A stretch of DNA of 64,000 nucleotides from assembly GCA_965250175.1 (NCBI GenBank), contig CBDFNI010000009.1, positions 728,155 to 792,154 on the forward strand, read 5' to 3'. Positions 35,770 to 45,758 of the stretch are shown here, piece by piece. Both the position numbers and the translations under genes were made by a program. This DNA is from Planctomycetota bacterium (GTDB lineage: Bacteria > Planctomycetota > UBA1135 > UBA2386). Every line of letters begins with the position of its first letter. Position 1 is the first letter of the stretch. The notes under the pieces were generated by a model. It saw nothing but the letters and a program-made list of their open reading frames with translations. It was not told the origin of the DNA and did no database searches.

Positions 35770-37997
35770 TTCCGTTCCTCCTGACTCAGAGCAACGGCGG
35801 CCTCGACGATGTCTTCTTTTTGCAGCAGCAACAGGTTGGCGGCGGGTCCCAGGGGAATGAAGCTGTCTTTGGCGGCGATGCGCCGCTGCAAGAAACTCTC
35901 CCTGCAACACTGGGCAAGGATCAAGCCCGAGGGCCCTCCCTGATTTTGCCGGCATTCATCCACAATGAGCATGCGGCCAGTGGCGCGGGAGTGTTCCAAT
36001 ATCTGCGCCATGGGCAGTGGCGCCAACCAGCGCAGGTCCAACACCCGAGCACGAATGCCCAATGCGGCCAGATCTTTTTGCGCCTGCAAGCTCAGGTAGA
36101 GGCCATTGGCATAGCTGATGATCGTCAGGTCATCTTCTCTACTGGCGCCGTAGACCTGCGCTTCGCCCAGAGTCACGGCTTGCTCAGGCTTGGGATAGGC
36201 GAACTGCCAGAGACCATCCCCACTTTCATGCAGATCCTTTTGCATGTAGAGGGCAATGGGTTCCAGGAACAAACACACCGAACCGCTTTGCACGGCGGCG
36301 GCGGCCAGGGTCCTGAGCATGCCCACAGCGTCGTCGGCGCGGGACGGGGTGGCGATGATCAGACCGGGAATGTCCAGCAGTGCCCCAATGCTGTTGTCAT
36401 TGTGGAAGTGGCCACCGAAACCTTTCTGGTAGGCGAAGCTGGCGATGCGCACCAGCATGGGGTTGCGGAACTGGTCGTTGCTGAAGAAGCGCAGGCTGGC
36501 GGCTTCACCGCGGATCTGATCCAGCGCGTTATGAATGTAGGCCAGGTATTGGATTTCACAGATGGGCAGGCAGCCAGCCTGGGCCATGCCCTGGGCCATG
36601 CCCAGGATGGTGGTTTCATCCAGGATGGTGTTGAACACCCGACCGCCGCCGAAGCTCTCATGCAGACCGTCGGTGACATGGTAGACGCCACCTTTTTTCG
36701 CCACGTCCTCACCGAAGACAAAGGCCTGTGGGTAGCTGGCCATCACATCGTGCAGGCCCTGGGCGATGCGGTAGGCCATGTGTCGAGGTCGGTCTTCATC
36801 TTCCGGCAGGCGACCCTTGAAGATCTTTTGGCGTTGTTTGTCCTCGGCCACCGCAGGCCGCAGGTCGCTGGGTTCGGGCAAAGCCAGCGGCGCCATGACC
36901 TGGGCTGCGGTCTGCAGCTTGGGCCGGTGGCTGGCTTCCTCACCGGCTCGTTGGATGCGCTGCTCCAGGTCATGGTAGAGCTCCAACATCTCGGTCTTCT
37001 GCAGGCTGCCCTTGCTGAGCAGCAGGTCGGCGTAGCCAAGCAGGGGATCGCGGGCTTCCTGCGCCGTAATTTGTTCCTTGTCCAGGTAGCTGGACTCCAT
37101 GTCGGAGCCGGCATGGCCCAACAGGCGCGTGGTGCGCAGATGGAAGAACACCGGCCGGCGACTCAGGCGGCAGTATTCCAAAGCGGCGCCAGCGGTTTCG
37201 TACACTTGCAGCAGGTCGGCGCCATCCGCATGGAAGTAGTGCAGACCCGGTCGCTGGCTGAACAGTTGGGCGATGTAGTCATCGGGAGTGCGCACCGAGA
37301 TGCCCAGGCCGTTGTCTTCGCAGACAAACAGGATGGGACAGGGTTGTCGATGCACTTGCGCGGCGGCGGCGGCGGTGAAGCCAGCCTGGGCGGTGGCGTG
37401 GTTGGCGGATGCATCGCCGAAGGAGCAGTAGACCACCGCGTCTTCCGGCACGGCACAGGGCAGCTTTAGGCGTTGCATGCGAGCCAGGGAGTAGGCCAGA
37501 CCCACTGCCTTGGGCAGATGGCTGGCAATGGTGCTGGTCTGGGGTGGCACCCACAGACTGCGGCTGCCCAGCACCTTGTGCCGGCCGCCGGAGATCGGAT
37601 CCTGCGCCGCTGCGGTGAAGGAGAGCATGGCATCGAAGATGGGAGTCTCGCCCGGAAGTTTGCGGCTGCGTGCCGCCATGAAGGCGCCGGAGCGGTAGTG
37701 CAGGAAGGCCGGGTCGTCGATATTGAGCAGTTCGCCCCACACTGCATTGGCTTCGTGACCGCTGCTGCCAATGGTGTAATGCGACAGGCCCTTGTCCTTC
37801 AGTCGTCGCGCCTCCAGGTCTTGCAACCGGGATTGCAGCGCCGCTTCAAACAGCTGCACCGACAATCCATGGGTCAGGGAGGTGCTGGTGGATAGCCTGG
37901 CATCAGGTTTGGGGCGGGAGCTGCGACTGGAACCGGGGTGGTTCTGGATGAATTCCAGCAGTTGAGCAGTGACCTGAGCTTCGCGCCGAATCGCCAT
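35766..37997 (-). CDS. fused E1 alpha/beta 2-oxoacid dehydrogenase (ThDP-dependent)
   Basis: 743 aa. Alpha-like half (SSGHEANAV ... YCSFGDASANHATAQAGF ... FVCEDNGLGIS) and beta/transketolase-like half (VFGEDVAKKGGVYHVT ... VFNTILDETTILGMAQG ... FHNDNS). Confidence 0.8.
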   Translation of the reverse strand: MAIRREAQVTAQLLEFIQNHPGSSRSSRPKPDARLSTSTSLTHGLSVQLFEAALQSRLQDLEARRLKDKGLSHYTIGSSGHEANAVWGELLNIDDPAFLHYRSGAFMAARSRKLPGETPIFDAMLSFTAAAQDPISGGRHKVLGSRSLWVPPQTSTIASHLPKAVGLAYSLARMQRLKLPCAVPEDAVVYCSFGDASANHATAQAGFTAAAAAQVHRQPCPILFVCEDNGLGISVRTPDDYIAQLFSQRPGLHYFHADGADLLQVYETAGAALEYCRLSRRPVFFHLRTTRLLGHAGSDMESSYLDKEQITAQEARDPLLGYADLLLSKGSLQKTEMLELYHDLEQRIQRAGEEASHRPKLQTAAQVMAPLALPEPSDLRPAVAEDKQRQKIFKGRLPEDEDRPRHMAYRIAQGLHDVMASYPQAFVFGEDVAKKGGVYHVTDGLHESFGGGRVFNTILDETTILGMAQGMAQAGCLPICEIQYLAYIHNALDQIRGEAASLRFFSNDQFRNPMLVRIASFAYQKGFGGHFHNDNSIGALLDIPGLIIATPSRADDAVGMLRTLAAAAVQSGSVCLFLEPIALYMQKDLHESGDGLWQFAYPKPEQAVTLGEAQVYGASREDDLTIISYANGLYLSLQAQKDLAALGIRARVLDLRWLAPLPMAQILEHSRATGRMLIVDECRQNQGGPSGLILAQCCRESFLQRRIAAKDSFIPLGPAANLLLLQKEDIVEAAVALSQEERK

Positions 37998-38131
37998 GGC
38001 TTGGGAGACTTGAACCCTCTATTGTTGAGCTTTCCCTTCCGCTCGAGACTTTCTCGACGGATACCGAAAGGTAAGCATTGGCGGGCTTAGCGTAGGGCCC
38101 AAGTGCTGGAAGAAAACAGCCCACCACAAGC

Positions 38132-40252
38132 ATGTTGGCCTTATTGGAACACGGACTAGACAACCTCTTGCTGGATCTAGCTCTGTTGTTCGCGCTCTGT
38201 GTGGCGGTGGTGGTGGTGTTCCACAACCTGAAGGTGCCACCGGTAGCGGGATTCTTGCTGGCCGGGGCCTTGTTGGGGCCGAATTCCTTTGGCCTGGTCA
38301 AGCAACAGGAGCTGGTGCAGCAGCTGGCGGAGATTGGCGTGGTGGTGCTGTTGTTCACCGTAGGCATGGAGCTTTCTCTGAAGGAGCTCCTGAAGATGCG
38401 CCGCACCCTGATCCTGGGTGGTGGCATGCAGGTCGGCCTCACCATCCTGTTGGGATTTTTTGTGGGCCTGCTGGCCGATGTGAATGCGGGCACCGCCATC
38501 TTCATCGGTTTTCTGCTGACCCTGTCCAGCACTGCCGCCATCTCCAAGCTCTTGCAGGACCGGGGTGAGCTGGGTTCACCGGTGGGTCGTCTGGCCATGA
38601 GCATCTGTGTGGCCCAGGACATCGCGGTGGTGCCCATGATTTTGTTCCTGCCCTTGCTGGCCAGTGGGGGTGGTGTGGGTTGGGGCGATGCTCTGCAGCA
38701 AGTGGGCCTGACTCTGGTCTTGTTGGCATTGATCACCGTAGGTGCATGGTTGCTGGTGCCCAAGATCCTGGACCTGGTGTCCCGCACCCGCAGCCGGGAA
38801 GTCTTTGTCCTCACCGTCTTCACCCTCTGTCTGACGGCGGCCCTGATGACTTCCCAGTTGGGTTTGTCCCTGGCCCTGGGTGCTTTCCTGGTGGGCCTGG
38901 TCATCTCCGAGTCGGGCTACCACCATCAGGCCACTTCGGAAGTGGCACCCTTCCGCGATGCCCTCAGCTCCCTGTTCTTTGTCAGCATCGGCATGCTATT
39001 CAATTTCCGGGTGATCCTGGAACATCCAGGTATGGTGGTTCTGGCCCTGATTCTAGTAGTGGTGGGCAAGGCCTTCCTTGTGTGGGTGGCCAGCCGGGTG
39101 CTGTCCCTGCCCCGTTGGGTGGGCATCCGCTCAGGCCTGTTGCTGGCGCAGGTAGGCGAGTTCTCCTTTGTGCTCATGCAAGTCGGTCGGGGAAAGTTGG
39201 GCATGTCAGGAGATCTGGGAAAGGGCTTCTCCCTGGAAGATATCTTCATTGTGGTGGCGGTGCTGTCCATTTCCCTGACGCCCCTCATGCTCATGTTGGG
39301 TAGGCGCTTTACTCGCAGTGGTGGCAAGGATCCTACGCACCGGGAACCAGGCGGCGGCAAGGATCAGCGAGAGAGTCATGTGGTGATCGTGGGATTTGGC
39401 CCCACTGGCCAGGCTGTAGCCAGGTCCCTGAGGGAGTTGGACATTCCCTATGTGGCCATTGAGATGAACGCGGCCACGGTGAAGGCCTTCAAGAAGATTG
39501 GAATACCCATCTTCCTGGGAGACTCCAGTCGCGAGACAGTTCTGAATGCCGCTGCCATCAAACGCGCCCGTCTGCTGGTGCTAGCCATGAACGACAACGA
39601 CGCAACCCTGCGCACCGCTGCCTTGGCACGCCGCCTGGTGCCCAAGCTGCACGTAGTGGCGCGAAGCACCTACCTGAGTCAGTTGCCAGCCCTGCAAAAC
39701 ATGGGTGTGCATGATGTGGTGCCGCAGGAATTGGAAGCTTCGGTGGAAATCGTGGTGCGGGTGCTGCGGCATTACCTGGTGCCTGACGACCAGGTGGGCA
39801 AACAAGTGAAGGCCATGCGTAGCAAGGCTTATGGCGTGAAGAAGTCGGCCAGACCCACACAGGTGGACAACCAACACCTGGCGGACTATGTGCCGGGTCT
39901 GGGAGTGGAGATCTTCAAGGTAGAAAGCGGTAGCAGCATTGCCGGCTTTGCCCTACAGGATTCGGACCTACGCCGCATTTCCGGTTGCACAGTGGTGGCC
40001 ATCAAGCGGGACAAGCAGACGGACATCTCCATCCGCCCGCAGACCGTCCTGGAAGAAGGCGATGTGGCAGTGCTGCTGGGCCCGGCGAATCGCATGGGCG
40101 AAGCAGCCTTCCTGTTCCGGGCGCCTGATCCGGTATCGGAGCCAGCAAAGCCGGCGGTTGAAGTTGAAGCAGAGACCGAAGCAGAGACCGAAGCAGAGAT
40201 TGCACCAGAGATCGAACCGGAAACGGATTCACCGGCGACGCCAAAGTCATAG
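38132..40252 (+). CDS. CPA2-family monovalent cation:proton antiporter (Kef-type) with TrkA-N/TrkA-C domains and acidic tail
   Basis: Multi-TM N-terminal half, VVIVGFGPTGQAVARSL Rossmann (TrkA-N), an RCK_C-like region, and the tail EVEAETEAETEAEIAPEIEPETD. Confidence 0.85.
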   Translation: MLALLEHGLDNLLLDLALLFALCVAVVVVFHNLKVPPVAGFLLAGALLGPNSFGLVKQQELVQQLAEIGVVVLLFTVGMELSLKELLKMRRTLILGGGMQVGLTILLGFFVGLLADVNAGTAIFIGFLLTLSSTAAISKLLQDRGELGSPVGRLAMSICVAQDIAVVPMILFLPLLASGGGVGWGDALQQVGLTLVLLALITVGAWLLVPKILDLVSRTRSREVFVLTVFTLCLTAALMTSQLGLSLALGAFLVGLVISESGYHHQATSEVAPFRDALSSLFFVSIGMLFNFRVILEHPGMVVLALILVVVGKAFLVWVASRVLSLPRWVGIRSGLLLAQVGEFSFVLMQVGRGKLGMSGDLGKGFSLEDIFIVVAVLSISLTPLMLMLGRRFTRSGGKDPTHREPGGGKDQRESHVVIVGFGPTGQAVARSLRELDIPYVAIEMNAATVKAFKKIGIPIFLGDSSRETVLNAAAIKRARLLVLAMNDNDATLRTAALARRLVPKLHVVARSTYLSQLPALQNMGVHDVVPQELEASVEIVVRVLRHYLVPDDQVGKQVKAMRSKAYGVKKSARPTQVDNQHLADYVPGLGVEIFKVESGSSIAGFALQDSDLRRISGCTVVAIKRDKQTDISIRPQTVLEEGDVAVLLGPANRMGEAAFLFRAPDPVSEPAKPAVEVEAETEAETEAEIAPEIEPETDSPATPKS

Positions 40253-40288
40253 GCTCTAGGCCAATCGATAGTTAAGCCAACCGAACTG

Positions 40289-41233
40289 TTAGGCCAGACG
40301 ATCTAAGGCCGCCGCCAACAAGTTGCCGCGGCTGGCGGCGGATGCCTGCACCTGGTACGGCAACAAGCATTGCTCTTGCAGGGTGATCTCCACCTGCAAC
40401 TGCGGGCTGTGGCAGAGATGCCGAATGCCAATATGCACGGGGCCATATTGCAGGTCCAAGCAAAGCGGCTGACAGGGCGGGGCGAGATCATCTTCCAGTT
40501 TCTGGATCTGCACCTTCGCCGCCAACTTTTGCACCAACCAATGTTCCAGGCTGCGGGCTGCGGCCAAGGCGCCCACTCCCTTGCCAATGTCCAAGCGCAC
40601 CTGGCATACGGGACCTTCGGCCTGCCAGCTAAAGTGTTCAAAGGCTTCGGCCAGGCTGCGCCGCCAGGGACTCAGCCGCAGGTAGGTGAGATCCATGGGC
40701 CGCGGGTGCTGCAGTTGGTGCAGGCGCGGCCAGTCGTCGCCGCGAAACAGGGTCGAATCAAAGATGCAGCCCGCCGCCATGTCCGCCAGGGAGGTGACCA
40801 ATTGCATGTCCTTGGGCAGACCCATGCCCCAGAACAGTTGGATGGGAATGTCGTTGACCAGCAAGGGGCGAATCAAGTTGTGCAGCTTCGGGTAGTCAGC
40901 AGTGTTGGTTTGCAAACGCACCAGCTCCAAGTACATCTGCCGGCAGCTATTTTGCGCCTGCACCTTGGCGGTGATTTGCGCCTGCAATTCCTTGTGCGAG
41001 TCATCCACCACCACTAGGAACACGCGGCTTGGATGCCTGGCCAACACCTGTTCCAAGGCTGCCATCATCTCGGCTTCGCCGGCGCTGTCACAAACGGCGA
41101 TGAAGTTGACTGTAAGCGATCGGTTCAAAGGAACGTCTGGCTCTTCCGCCTCCGCCAGCCGCCAGGTCTGGGCCAGTGCTGGTTCCAGGGCGTCGATCTT
41201 GGGCTGCAGTTGGATATCTAGGGTTTTCTCCAC
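40289..41233 (-). CDS. opcA: OpcA-like glucose-6-phosphate dehydrogenase assembly protein
   Basis: 314 aa, overlaps the zwf stop by 16 nt. The call rests on position and general resemblance to OpcA (no catalytic motifs). Confidence 0.6.
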   Translation of the reverse strand: MEKTLDIQLQPKIDALEPALAQTWRLAEAEEPDVPLNRSLTVNFIAVCDSAGEAEMMAALEQVLARHPSRVFLVVVDDSHKELQAQITAKVQAQNSCRQMYLELVRLQTNTADYPKLHNLIRPLLVNDIPIQLFWGMGLPKDMQLVTSLADMAAGCIFDSTLFRGDDWPRLHQLQHPRPMDLTYLRLSPWRRSLAEAFEHFSWQAEGPVCQVRLDIGKGVGALAAARSLEHWLVQKLAAKVQIQKLEDDLAPPCQPLCLDLQYGPVHIGIRHLCHSPQLQVEITLQEQCLLPYQVQASAASRGNLLAAALDRLA

Positions 41234-42723
41234 TTGCGCTCCTCCCCAAGCAGGTCTTCGGCGGCCTGGGGTCCCCAGGTGCCGGCGCCGTAAGGTTCCG
41301 GTTGTACGCCCTCCCAGCCAGCGACGATGGAATCGACGATGCGCCAGGCTTCTTCCACTTCGTCCCGTCGTGCGAACAGGGTGGATTCGCCCACCATGGC
41401 ATCCAACAACAAGCGTTCATAGGCGTCGGCGGAGTCACCGCCAAAAGCCGAGCCGTAGCGGAAGTCCATGCGCACGTCGCGGATCTTGATGTCCGGGCCG
41501 GGCACTTTGGAGCCAAAGCGAATGCTGATGCCTTCGTCCGGTTGCACTCGCAACAACAACACGTTGGGATCCAGTCGATTGCCGGCAAAGAGGTGATGCG
41601 GCGGTCGCTTGAAGTGGATGGCCACCTCGGTTACCCGCCGCGGCAGGCGCTTGCCCGAACGCAGGAAGAAGGGCGTGTTGGCCCAGCGCCAGTTGCCCAC
41701 CCGCAGGCGCACGGCGGCGAAGGTTTCGGTGAGCGAAGCTTCGGCCACCCCGGTTTCCTGCAGGTAGCCGGGCACTTCCTGGCCGCCCACATAATCACTG
41801 ACGTATTGGCCGCGCACCGTGTTGTCCGCCACCTCCTGCTTGCTGAAGGATTCAATGGCCCGCAGCACCTTTACCTTTTCATCCCGCACCGCATCCGCAC
41901 TCAGATCCACCGGCGGCTCCATGGCCACCAAGGTGAGCACCTGCAGCAGATGGTTCTGGATCATGTCACGAATGATGCCCGCCTCCTCGAAGTAGGCGCC
42001 GCGCCCTTCCACACCGATGGACTCGGCCACGGTGAGTTGCACATGGTCGATGTACTTCTCGTTCCACAGCGGTTCGAAGATGCCGTTGGCAAAGCGCATG
42101 GCCAGGATGTTCTGCACCGTCTCCTTACCCAGGTAGTGATCGATACGAAACACCTGGTGTTCATGGAAGGCCTCAGCCACCTGCGTGTTGAGGGCATGGG
42201 CGGTGGCCAGGTCGCGACCGAAGGGCTTCTCCACAATGACTCGGGCAAAGCGATCGCCCCGTTCTTGTGACAGGCCACTCTCCTTCAGGTTGCGCAGGAT
42301 GCCCGAATAGGCGCTGGGCGGCGTGGCCAGATAGAAGATGCGATTGCCCTTGGTGCCGCGTTGGCCGTCGATCTGCTCCAGCTTCTTTAGCAGGGAGGCA
42401 TAGCCCTCCGGCTCTTCGAAAGTGGCCTGGTGATAGAAGATGCCCTCCGCCATCTGCGCGAATGCTGCTTCGCCTTCACCCCGGCAGTGCTTGCTCACCC
42501 CAGCCAGCAGATCCTGGCGAAAATCCTGGTCGCTCTTTGGGCGGCGAGCAAAACCAACGACGGAAAAGCCCGGCGGCAGCAAACCGTCTTGCACCAGACC
42601 CATGAGAGAAGGCACCAGCTTGCGCTTGGTCAGGTCACCGGTGGCGCCGAATATCACCAGGGTGCAAGGCTTGGCGCGGCGGCTGGACTGCAGTTCTTCA
42701 GCGAGGGGGTTGCTCATGGTCAT
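41218..42723 (-). CDS. zwf: glucose-6-phosphate 1-dehydrogenase
   Basis: VIFGATGDLTKRKL NADP-binding motif and the RIDHYLGKE active-site signature. 501 aa. Confidence 0.9.
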   Translation of the reverse strand: MTMSNPLAEELQSSRRAKPCTLVIFGATGDLTKRKLVPSLMGLVQDGLLPPGFSVVGFARRPKSDQDFRQDLLAGVSKHCRGEGEAAFAQMAEGIFYHQATFEEPEGYASLLKKLEQIDGQRGTKGNRIFYLATPPSAYSGILRNLKESGLSQERGDRFARVIVEKPFGRDLATAHALNTQVAEAFHEHQVFRIDHYLGKETVQNILAMRFANGIFEPLWNEKYIDHVQLTVAESIGVEGRGAYFEEAGIIRDMIQNHLLQVLTLVAMEPPVDLSADAVRDEKVKVLRAIESFSKQEVADNTVRGQYVSDYVGGQEVPGYLQETGVAEASLTETFAAVRLRVGNWRWANTPFFLRSGKRLPRRVTEVAIHFKRPPHHLFAGNRLDPNVLLLRVQPDEGISIRFGSKVPGPDIKIRDVRMDFRYGSAFGGDSADAYERLLLDAMVGESTLFARRDEVEEAWRIVDSIVAGWEGVQPEPYGAGTWGPQAAEDLLGEERKWRKP

Positions 42724-42726
42724 AGG

Positions 42727-44964
42727 CTATCGCATCACACCCCAAATGTTGGAGTAGTCATCGGTCCAGGTGCGCTTGCGCCGGTCCGCCTTCAGTTCCA
42801 TCCAGCGCTTGTCCGTGCGCAACTTACCCAGGTCTTCTGGTTTTCTGGCCAAGGCAATCCATCTGCAGGTTTGCTTTTTCAGGTTGTGGAATTCCTTCGA
42901 GGTAACTTGACGGTCGTAGCGCCAAAGAGCCGTCAGCTTCAGGTCAGCGGCAATATTGCCCAGCACCGGATTCAGGTCCAGATGCCGGTTGGTGGTATGG
43001 AAGGTCAGGAGTCCGCCGGGCTTGAGCCGATCCAGGTAGAGTTCCACTGCCTGTTTGGTGATCAGGTGGATGGGAATGGCGTCGGAGCTGAAGGCATCCA
43101 GGAAAATGGCGTCGTACTTCTGCTCGTCCTTGGCCAGCTGCAGCCTGGCATCACCCAGCTTGTACTGCATTTTGGCCTTGCTGTTCTTCAGGTAGGTGAA
43201 GTAGCCCGAGTCCTTGGCCAGGAACAAGACCTCGGGGTCGATTTCGAAGTAGGTCATCTGCCAGCCAGGCTGACCGTAGGCCGCAAGGGCACCGGAACCC
43301 AGGCCCACCAGAGCCAGATGCTTGGGGCCCGCAGACTGCTTCACTACTGCCATCAGGTCGCCGGCCGGACCCGATCTGGTGTAGTACATGGTGGGATGGC
43401 TGGCCAGGGGTTCCAAGCTGTACTGGTAGCCGTGATCGGTCGAGCCATGCTTCAACAGATGCCAATAACCTTTTCCTGCTGGGTCCCTGGTGACCTTGTG
43501 CACACCAAAGAAGGTGCGCGAGGTGTAGACCTTTTCGTCCAGGACGGACCATTGCGGCAAGCAAAACAACACCAACAGACCCATGGCAAAAGCCCTCTTA
43601 TCCATGAAGAACACCAGGCAACCCAGGGCTGGCAGGATAGCTCGTAGGATTTGGTAGGGCGGGTAGCGGATGATATTTTTCATGAACCACTCAGCGTCAA
43701 ACCAGTTGCTGATGTCCAAGGCGAAATAGAACAAAGCAAAGACCAGGATCATGGCGGGAATGTCCATCACCCGAGGTATGAGTACGTGCCACCAGGCTTG
43801 AGAACTTGCGGCCCCTGGTTTTTTTGCCAGCAACAAGAAGCAAGCCAGGAGCAGGGCAATGGGATACTCGGCAACCCAGTTGAATAGCACCGGCGCCAGC
43901 AAGGCGTTGAACACTCCACCCAAGGCACCGCCGACGGAGAGCAGCAGATAAAACTCAGTCAGGTGTTGGGCGCTGGGCCGTTCTTCTGCCAGGCGACCGT
44001 GGCAAGCCAGGCCGACAATGGCCAGGCCAATGAGATGCACGGTGATCTGGAAGCCAGAGAAGTCCACCAGTAGGGCAATCAGCAGCATGCCCACCGCCAG
44101 AGAGACAAAGGGAACCAGGCGACTGGCCTGCGCCGTGATGACCCGACCCTGTTTGGTGAAGGCGACGATGAAGGTAGCCAGGTAGATGGCCAGGGGCACC
44201 ACCCAGAGCATGGGGGTGGTGGCAACGTCGGTGCTGATGTGTTGGGTGACGCCCAACATCAAGCTGGAGGGCACAAAGGCCAAGGCGATCCAGCGCCAAC
44301 GGAGGGCGGTGGTGATGGCTTGGTTCTCACCTTTGGATTTTTGTTGTTCTGTAACTTGTTTCTCAGTGCTGCCGTTGCTGCGCAGGGTTGTTGCTGCACA
44401 GGTGAGCGCTAGCAGGGCGAAGGCGCCAAAGCCCCAGGACCAGGAGCTGAGTTGTGCGCCCAGGACCATGCTGGGTTCCATCCAGAAGGGATAACCCAGC
44501 AGCGCCAACATGCTGCCAGCGTTGCTGGCGGCGTAGAGGAAGTATGGGTCGGCGGACCACTTGTGTTCGGTCTGCGCAAACCAGCGTTGCAGCAGGGGAC
44601 TAGCGGAGGCCAGGACAAAGAAGGGCGCGCCGACACTGCTGGCCAGGGTTAGCAAGAGCCAGAGGCTGGGAGAGCCATCGCCTTGGGGAGCCGCCTCTTC
44701 GCTCATGCCGATGGGCAAGGTGAGCATGGCCAGGGCAATGACCACCACATGCACCACCAGTTGTCGCCGGCGGTCGGGGATGCGCGCCAGCATGTGGGCA
44801 TAGAAGTAACCCGCCAACAGTGCCAGCTGGAAGAACAGCATGCAGGTGTTCCACACCGCCGGACTGCCACCCAACATGGGCAGCAATTGCTTGGCGATCA
44901 TGGGTTGGACGAGGAAGAGGAGGCCGGCGCCGGAGAAGATGGCGATGACGAACAGCAGTAGCAT
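42727..44964 (-). CDS. fused polytopic membrane domain / spermidine-synthase-like SAM-dependent transferase
   Basis: About 450 aa of TM helices, then VGLGSGALAAYG ... YDAIFLDAFSSDAIPIHL ... KPGGLLTFH (spermidine-synthase-type fold). Its stop lies 3 nt before the zwf start. Confidence 0.75.
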   Translation of the reverse strand: MLLLFVIAIFSGAGLLFLVQPMIAKQLLPMLGGSPAVWNTCMLFFQLALLAGYFYAHMLARIPDRRRQLVVHVVVIALAMLTLPIGMSEEAAPQGDGSPSLWLLLTLASSVGAPFFVLASASPLLQRWFAQTEHKWSADPYFLYAASNAGSMLALLGYPFWMEPSMVLGAQLSSWSWGFGAFALLALTCAATTLRSNGSTEKQVTEQQKSKGENQAITTALRWRWIALAFVPSSLMLGVTQHISTDVATTPMLWVVPLAIYLATFIVAFTKQGRVITAQASRLVPFVSLAVGMLLIALLVDFSGFQITVHLIGLAIVGLACHGRLAEERPSAQHLTEFYLLLSVGGALGGVFNALLAPVLFNWVAEYPIALLLACFLLLAKKPGAASSQAWWHVLIPRVMDIPAMILVFALFYFALDISNWFDAEWFMKNIIRYPPYQILRAILPALGCLVFFMDKRAFAMGLLVLFCLPQWSVLDEKVYTSRTFFGVHKVTRDPAGKGYWHLLKHGSTDHGYQYSLEPLASHPTMYYTRSGPAGDLMAVVKQSAGPKHLALVGLGSGALAAYGQPGWQMTYFEIDPEVLFLAKDSGYFTYLKNSKAKMQYKLGDARLQLAKDEQKYDAIFLDAFSSDAIPIHLITKQAVELYLDRLKPGGLLTFHTTNRHLDLNPVLGNIAADLKLTALWRYDRQVTSKEFHNLKKQTCRWIALARKPEDLGKLRTDKRWMELKADRRKRTWTDDYSNIWGVMR

Positions 44965-45073
44965 GGGATGTCCGAAAGATCGGGGATGTGGTCAAAGCGA
45001 CCGCATTTGCCCGATTCGGCCTCAAGGCTTACCAGATAATCCCAAGCAGTTCCAAGGCGGGGCCTTGTTGGCG

Positions 45074-45697
45074 CTAGAAATGCAGGGCCAGTTCCAAAGC
45101 GGCGTAGCTGCCGTAGCCGAGGGTGTTGCTGGGATATCCCCATAAGAAGGCGCCGCCTTGGATTCCCAGGTCCAGGCGTTGCCAAAACCGGAGTCGCAGA
45201 CCCATCTGCATCTGGGTTGCGGCACCAAATGAGTCGCTGTAGAGGGAGTCGAAATCCACACCACCGAAGCCCGCACCTATGCCAGCGCTGTAGAGCAGGG
45301 CGACGGGTGGGGTGACCTTCTCGTTGATGGTTTCCGGGTCGACTCCCCACTCAAAGATGAAGGAGGCCATGCCCATGTAGGAGTCGGCGCGGGCAGTGCT
45401 GACACGATCATCATGCTCAGCGGTGATGAAGGTGCCTTGAAAACCCGCGCCGCCAGTGATGCCTCTGACCTGCACTCCCCACCCTTGGCCGTTTTCCAGA
45501 TCTGCATCCACGCCGGGTACAGGTGCTCTGTCATCCGGGTCAAATTCAGGTTCCAGATGAACTACTGGCACCAGCAGGAAACCAATACTGCTGTTGCTCT
45601 CTCGGAGAATCGGATCCGGGCTGGGCGAATTCCAGTTCAGGCTGCAGCTGCACAGGCTGAGACTGAGGAGGGGGATGGCTAGACGAGACAGCAACAT
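45074..45697 (-). CDS. small outer-membrane beta-barrel protein (putative)
   Basis: Signal peptide MLLSRLAIPLLSLSLCSC, alternating-hydrophobicity strands and a C-terminal ...ALELALHF (terminal Phe). Confidence 0.5.
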   Translation of the reverse strand: MLLSRLAIPLLSLSLCSCSLNWNSPSPDPILRESNSSIGFLLVPVVHLEPEFDPDDRAPVPGVDADLENGQGWGVQVRGITGGAGFQGTFITAEHDDRVSTARADSYMGMASFIFEWGVDPETINEKVTPPVALLYSAGIGAGFGGVDFDSLYSDSFGAATQMQMGLRLRFWQRLDLGIQGGAFLWGYPSNTLGYGSYAALELALHF

Positions 45698-45758
45698 GCA
45701 ATGGTTATATTCGTCGAACCTATCTATCGATAGTGCAGGAAGTGAAAGCCAATTGGCC

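Noticed and set aside
33302-38904. Long antisense ORFs (33302..34621 +, 35820..37469 +, 37903..38904 -)
   Set aside because: Each lies fully opposite a gene with strong family motifs (S46 peptidase, E1 fusion, Kef antiporter). They show the Ala/Gly/Arg/Val bias of GC-rich shadow frames.
45715-45758. Two 10-bp palindromes (CTATCGATAG, GCCAATTGGC) between nadA and the OMP gene as operators or a terminator
   Set aside because: Both are loop-less short palindromes that could arise by chance. There is no T-tract and no repetition elsewhere in the window.
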